Under the pieces are notes generated by a model that had not been told where the DNA came from, did not search any database, and saw only the letters and a program-made list of their open reading frames with translations. The position numbers and the translations under genes are program-made. Shown here in pieces: positions 62,087 through 64,000 of a stretch of 64,000 bases of DNA (positions are counted from its first letter, which is position 1; every line of letters starts with the position of its first letter). The stretch spans positions 31,187 to 95,186 of the forward strand of contig CAZXCI010000003.1 in NCBI GenBank assembly GCA_964639285.1, read 5' to 3'. This DNA is from an uncultured Candidatus Saccharibacteria bacterium (GTDB lineage Bacteria; Patescibacteriota; Minisyncoccia; Phycocordibacterales; XYD1-FULL-46-19).

Positions 62087-62353
62087 TTATTTTTTGCCCC
62101 ACTTCTTTTTATAGACGTAGAAGTAGTAGATGATATCTAAGATCCCAACGGTGTTGACCAGGAGAAGGATGATAAACCAAATCTTGGCACCATTACGAGC
62201 TGCTCGCCACATGGCTAGACCTTTCCACAAAAGGGTCCAGACAATGATCGCGATTAATAAAGTGGTCATGCCAGCAACGCTGGCGATAACCGTACCCCAA
62301 GCGCCAGTGGGCAAAGCACTGAGGCCTTCGGTTGCATTGATAATGTTTTCCAT
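62087..62353 (-). CDS. Small two-TM membrane protein (hypothetical)
   Basis: Two hydrophobic helices, basic C-terminus KKKWGKK. Confidence 0.4.
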   Translation of the reverse strand: MENIINATEGLSALPTGAWGTVIASVAGMTTLLIAIIVWTLLWKGLAMWRAARNGAKIWFIILLLVNTVGILDIIYYFYVYKKKWGKK

Positions 62354-62441
62354 ATATTAACTATTATATCACAATTTTTATTTGTGCTATAATCAAACTG
62401 TTAATAATAATTATTAGTAATCTTTTAATCTATTTTTTGTT

Positions 62442-63443
62442 ATGGAAAAATTAATTGGCGTTGGTGATCTCTTCAAGAATACTTGGAAGATCTATCGGGA
62501 AAAGTTTGCTTTGCTTGTTGGTCTTATGGCCCTACCTTTCTTACTAATGGCTCTCAATCAAGTTCTGATGAGTCTGGGGAAAGGGATAATTATTACGCTT
62601 GGTTCGTTGATTAATATTGTTGTTTCAATCGGCGTGATCTGGGCTTTAGCCGGGATCTTGCTTGTTCTAAGTAATAACCAAGTGTTAACGGTCAAAGAAG
62701 CTTATCGTCTTAGTAGAGGGAAATTGCTTTCGTATCTCTGGGTTTCAATCTTGGCGATGTTTATTGCTGGTGGGGGTTTCATGCTCTTTGTTATACCGGG
62801 AATTATTTTGTCTGTTTGGTTAGCCTTTGCTCAGATTATTTCTGTTGTCGAGGGGGAGAAAGGGCTTCGAGCTATTGTCAAAAGTCGTGAGTATGTTCGT
62901 GATTATTTCTGGCCAATTCTTGGACGTTTCTTGCTCCTGTCTGTAATCTTGTTTGTTGTCTATTTCATTCTGATGGCTATTGCTGGCTTTGTCGCTTCGT
63001 TATTTAGTTCTTTCGGTTCCACGGTCTTTGTTTTAGTTTTGAGTCTTCTTGGCTCTGCTATTAATTTTCTCTTTGTTCCCTTAGGAGTTATCTATGCCTA
63101 TCTTCTTTACGGGAATGTTAAGCAGGTTAAAGGAGAGGTCTTAATTGACCCGGCCAAAAAACAAGGACTTCGTTACCTCTTAGTTGGTCTTGCTGGTTGG
63201 GTTCTTATTGCCGTTGTCAGCATCTTTCTCCTATCACTTCTTGTTAGTCTTTTCGCCGGACTCTTCTTTGGCCAAGCTTTGAGTGGAATGAATTCTGGAG
63301 CGATAAATGAGCTTCCTAGGGTTATTCCCAAGATCCCAACAGAGATGCCTGCTGGGTTGACAGCTGAACAACAGCAACAATTGCAGACGCAATTAGATGC
63401 GATGAAAAAATTACAGGACAAACTTAATATCCCGACCGAGTAA
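62442..63443 (+). CDS. Polytopic membrane protein (6-7 TM) with a Gln-rich C-terminal tail (hypothetical)
   Basis: Multiple long hydrophobic segments; no family recognised. Confidence 0.5.
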   Translation: MEKLIGVGDLFKNTWKIYREKFALLVGLMALPFLLMALNQVLMSLGKGIIITLGSLINIVVSIGVIWALAGILLVLSNNQVLTVKEAYRLSRGKLLSYLWVSILAMFIAGGGFMLFVIPGIILSVWLAFAQIISVVEGEKGLRAIVKSREYVRDYFWPILGRFLLLSVILFVVYFILMAIAGFVASLFSSFGSTVFVLVLSLLGSAINFLFVPLGVIYAYLLYGNVKQVKGEVLIDPAKKQGLRYLLVGLAGWVLIAVVSIFLLSLLVSLFAGLFFGQALSGMNSGAINELPRVIPKIPTEMPAGLTAEQQQQLQTQLDAMKKLQDKLNIPTE

Positions 63444-63685
63444 TGCATTACGGCTTCATCATTATTACTGTGGCCTGGGTCTGGCAATGGTGGAAGATGC
63501 GCTCAGGCCAACGCAGTCTTGATCCTTGGTTTCTCCGTATCTACGCTTTGGGCCTCTTAGTGATCTTACTCGACACCTTCCGTACCGGTGATTGGCTCAC
63601 TTGGGCCAATGTTGCAGCCATGACCATTATCCTCCTGCTTATCTGGCGGATTAAGCGACGGGGGAAGAAAGGTGGGTTGATCTAA
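63443..63685 (+). CDS. Small Trp-rich two/three-TM membrane protein (hypothetical), start overlapping the upstream stop
   Basis: ATG overlaps the TAA of the upstream gene (TAATG); hydrophobic. Confidence 0.4.
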   Translation: MHYGFIIITVAWVWQWWKMRSGQRSLDPWFLRIYALGLLVILLDTFRTGDWLTWANVAAMTIILLLIWRIKRRGKKGGLI

Positions 63686-63695
63686 ATTTACAACC

Positions 63696-63738
63696 TCCCC
63701 CGTTGTGCCGTTTTAAGGCCACGGGGGCCTTTTTTTTA
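63696..63738 (+). terminator. Intrinsic terminator (CCCCCGT...ACGGGGG with a nested GGCC hairpin, then CCTTTTTTTT)
   Basis: 7-bp outer stem plus T8 tail directly after the membrane-protein operon. Confidence 0.45.
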
Positions 63739-63782
63739 TTCAAAATTTTTGCTAAGATACTAAGGTCTAGTTAGAAGGCGGG

Positions 63783-63814
63783 CCCCGTTAGAGGCTCTCA
63801 AGCCTCTAACGGGG
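63783..63814 (+). other. Perfect 14-bp-stem hairpin CCCCGTTAGAGGCT-CTCA-AGCCTCTAACGGGG whose 3' arm ends at the first nucleotide of tRNA-Gly(TCC)
   Basis: Seen directly; no U-tail, so not a canonical terminator. Confidence 0.5.
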
Positions 63815-63887
63815 CGGGATTAGTTTAGCGGTAAAATATCAGTTTTCCAAACTGAGGTCGGGAGTTCGACTCTCCCATCCCGCACCA
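63814..63887 (+). tRNA. tRNA-Gly (anticodon TCC) with genomically encoded CCA
   Basis: Acceptor GCGGGAT/ATCCCGC, D-arm GTTT-AGCGGTAAAAT, anticodon arm TCAGT-TTTCCAA-ACTGA, T-arm GGGAG-TTCGACT-CTCCC, ACCA 3' end. Confidence 0.8.
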
Positions 63888-64000
63888 TGCTAAAGAAATA
63901 TATCTGGGTCAACGGCCCGACTGCGCAGGCAGGCAAAATCGTGCTGGCTAGCAAGCCGGCGGTTTTAGTTAGCGATATCGGTTTTCTCCGTGGGTATGGG
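63887..64000 (+). CDS. 5' end of a CDS running off the window (MLKKYIWVNGPTAQAGKIVLASKPAVLVSDIGFLRGYG...), higher GC than its surroundings; its ATG overlaps the tRNA CCA
   Basis: Open frame to the window edge; no family assigned. Confidence 0.25.
   Translation, partial: MLKKYIWVNGPTAQAGKIVLASKPAVLVSDIGFLRGYG

Noticed and set aside
1-64000. CRISPR arrays, rRNA genes, transposase/IS elements, integrase genes
   Set aside because: No arrays of regularly spaced direct repeats, no rRNA-like conserved stretches, and no DDE/HUH transposase or full integrase ORF were seen. Xer is the only tyrosine recombinase and has a core-chromosome context.

Overview
The window has a compact, gene-dense, low-GC organisation that looks like a Patescibacteria/CPR (Saccharibacteria-like) chromosome, but that lineage call is an inference from gene content, not from a search. 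It spans the replication origin (dnaA-dnaN with DnaA boxes, rpmH-rnpA-yidC). Recognisable housekeeping genes include rpsT, ruvA, murE-like, mutM, polA, tsaE, pilB, ruvB, yebC-ruvC, PBP1A, ksgA, a UvrD/PcrA-type helicase, comM/yifB, a dksA-like gene, pnp, rpsO, xer, cca, yraN, dedA and an alkD-like gene. I called about ten tRNAs from cloverleaf structure: Lys(TTT), Arg(TCG), Leu(CAG), Gly(GCC), Pro(TGG), Pro(CGG), Pro(GGG), Gly(TCC) and one with an ambiguous anticodon. Most lack an encoded CCA, which fits the cca gene in the window.

The main accessory feature is a minus-strand operon of about 12 kb (24.7-37.0 kb) that looks like a Gram-positive-type minimal type IV secretion / conjugation-like apparatus. 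It contains a VirB4-family ATPase encoded as two adjacent ORFs, a PrgI/VirB3-like protein, a VirB6/TrbL-like polytopic protein with a compositionally odd high-GC tail, and a 1200-aa repeat-rich secreted giant protein. It also has a pilin-like small membrane protein, a TolB-like beta-propeller, and a divergently transcribed secreted GH24-like lysozyme. A VirD4-like coupling ATPase plus a LysM/M23 peptidase lie about 5 kb away.

Other notable items are a DinJ-YafQ toxin-antitoxin pair beside a tRNA-Pro cluster that carries a 20-bp direct repeat of the tRNA 3' end (integration scar), and an orphan MazF/PemK-like toxin facing a promoter-terminator-bounded mini-transcript. There is also a roughly 315-nt promoter/terminator-bounded candidate ncRNA that I could not assign, a 188-bp element bounded by 29-bp inverted repeats, and an in-frame hairpin-rich 138-nt insertion inside alkD. 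All calls are from reading the sequence; no database searches were possible.
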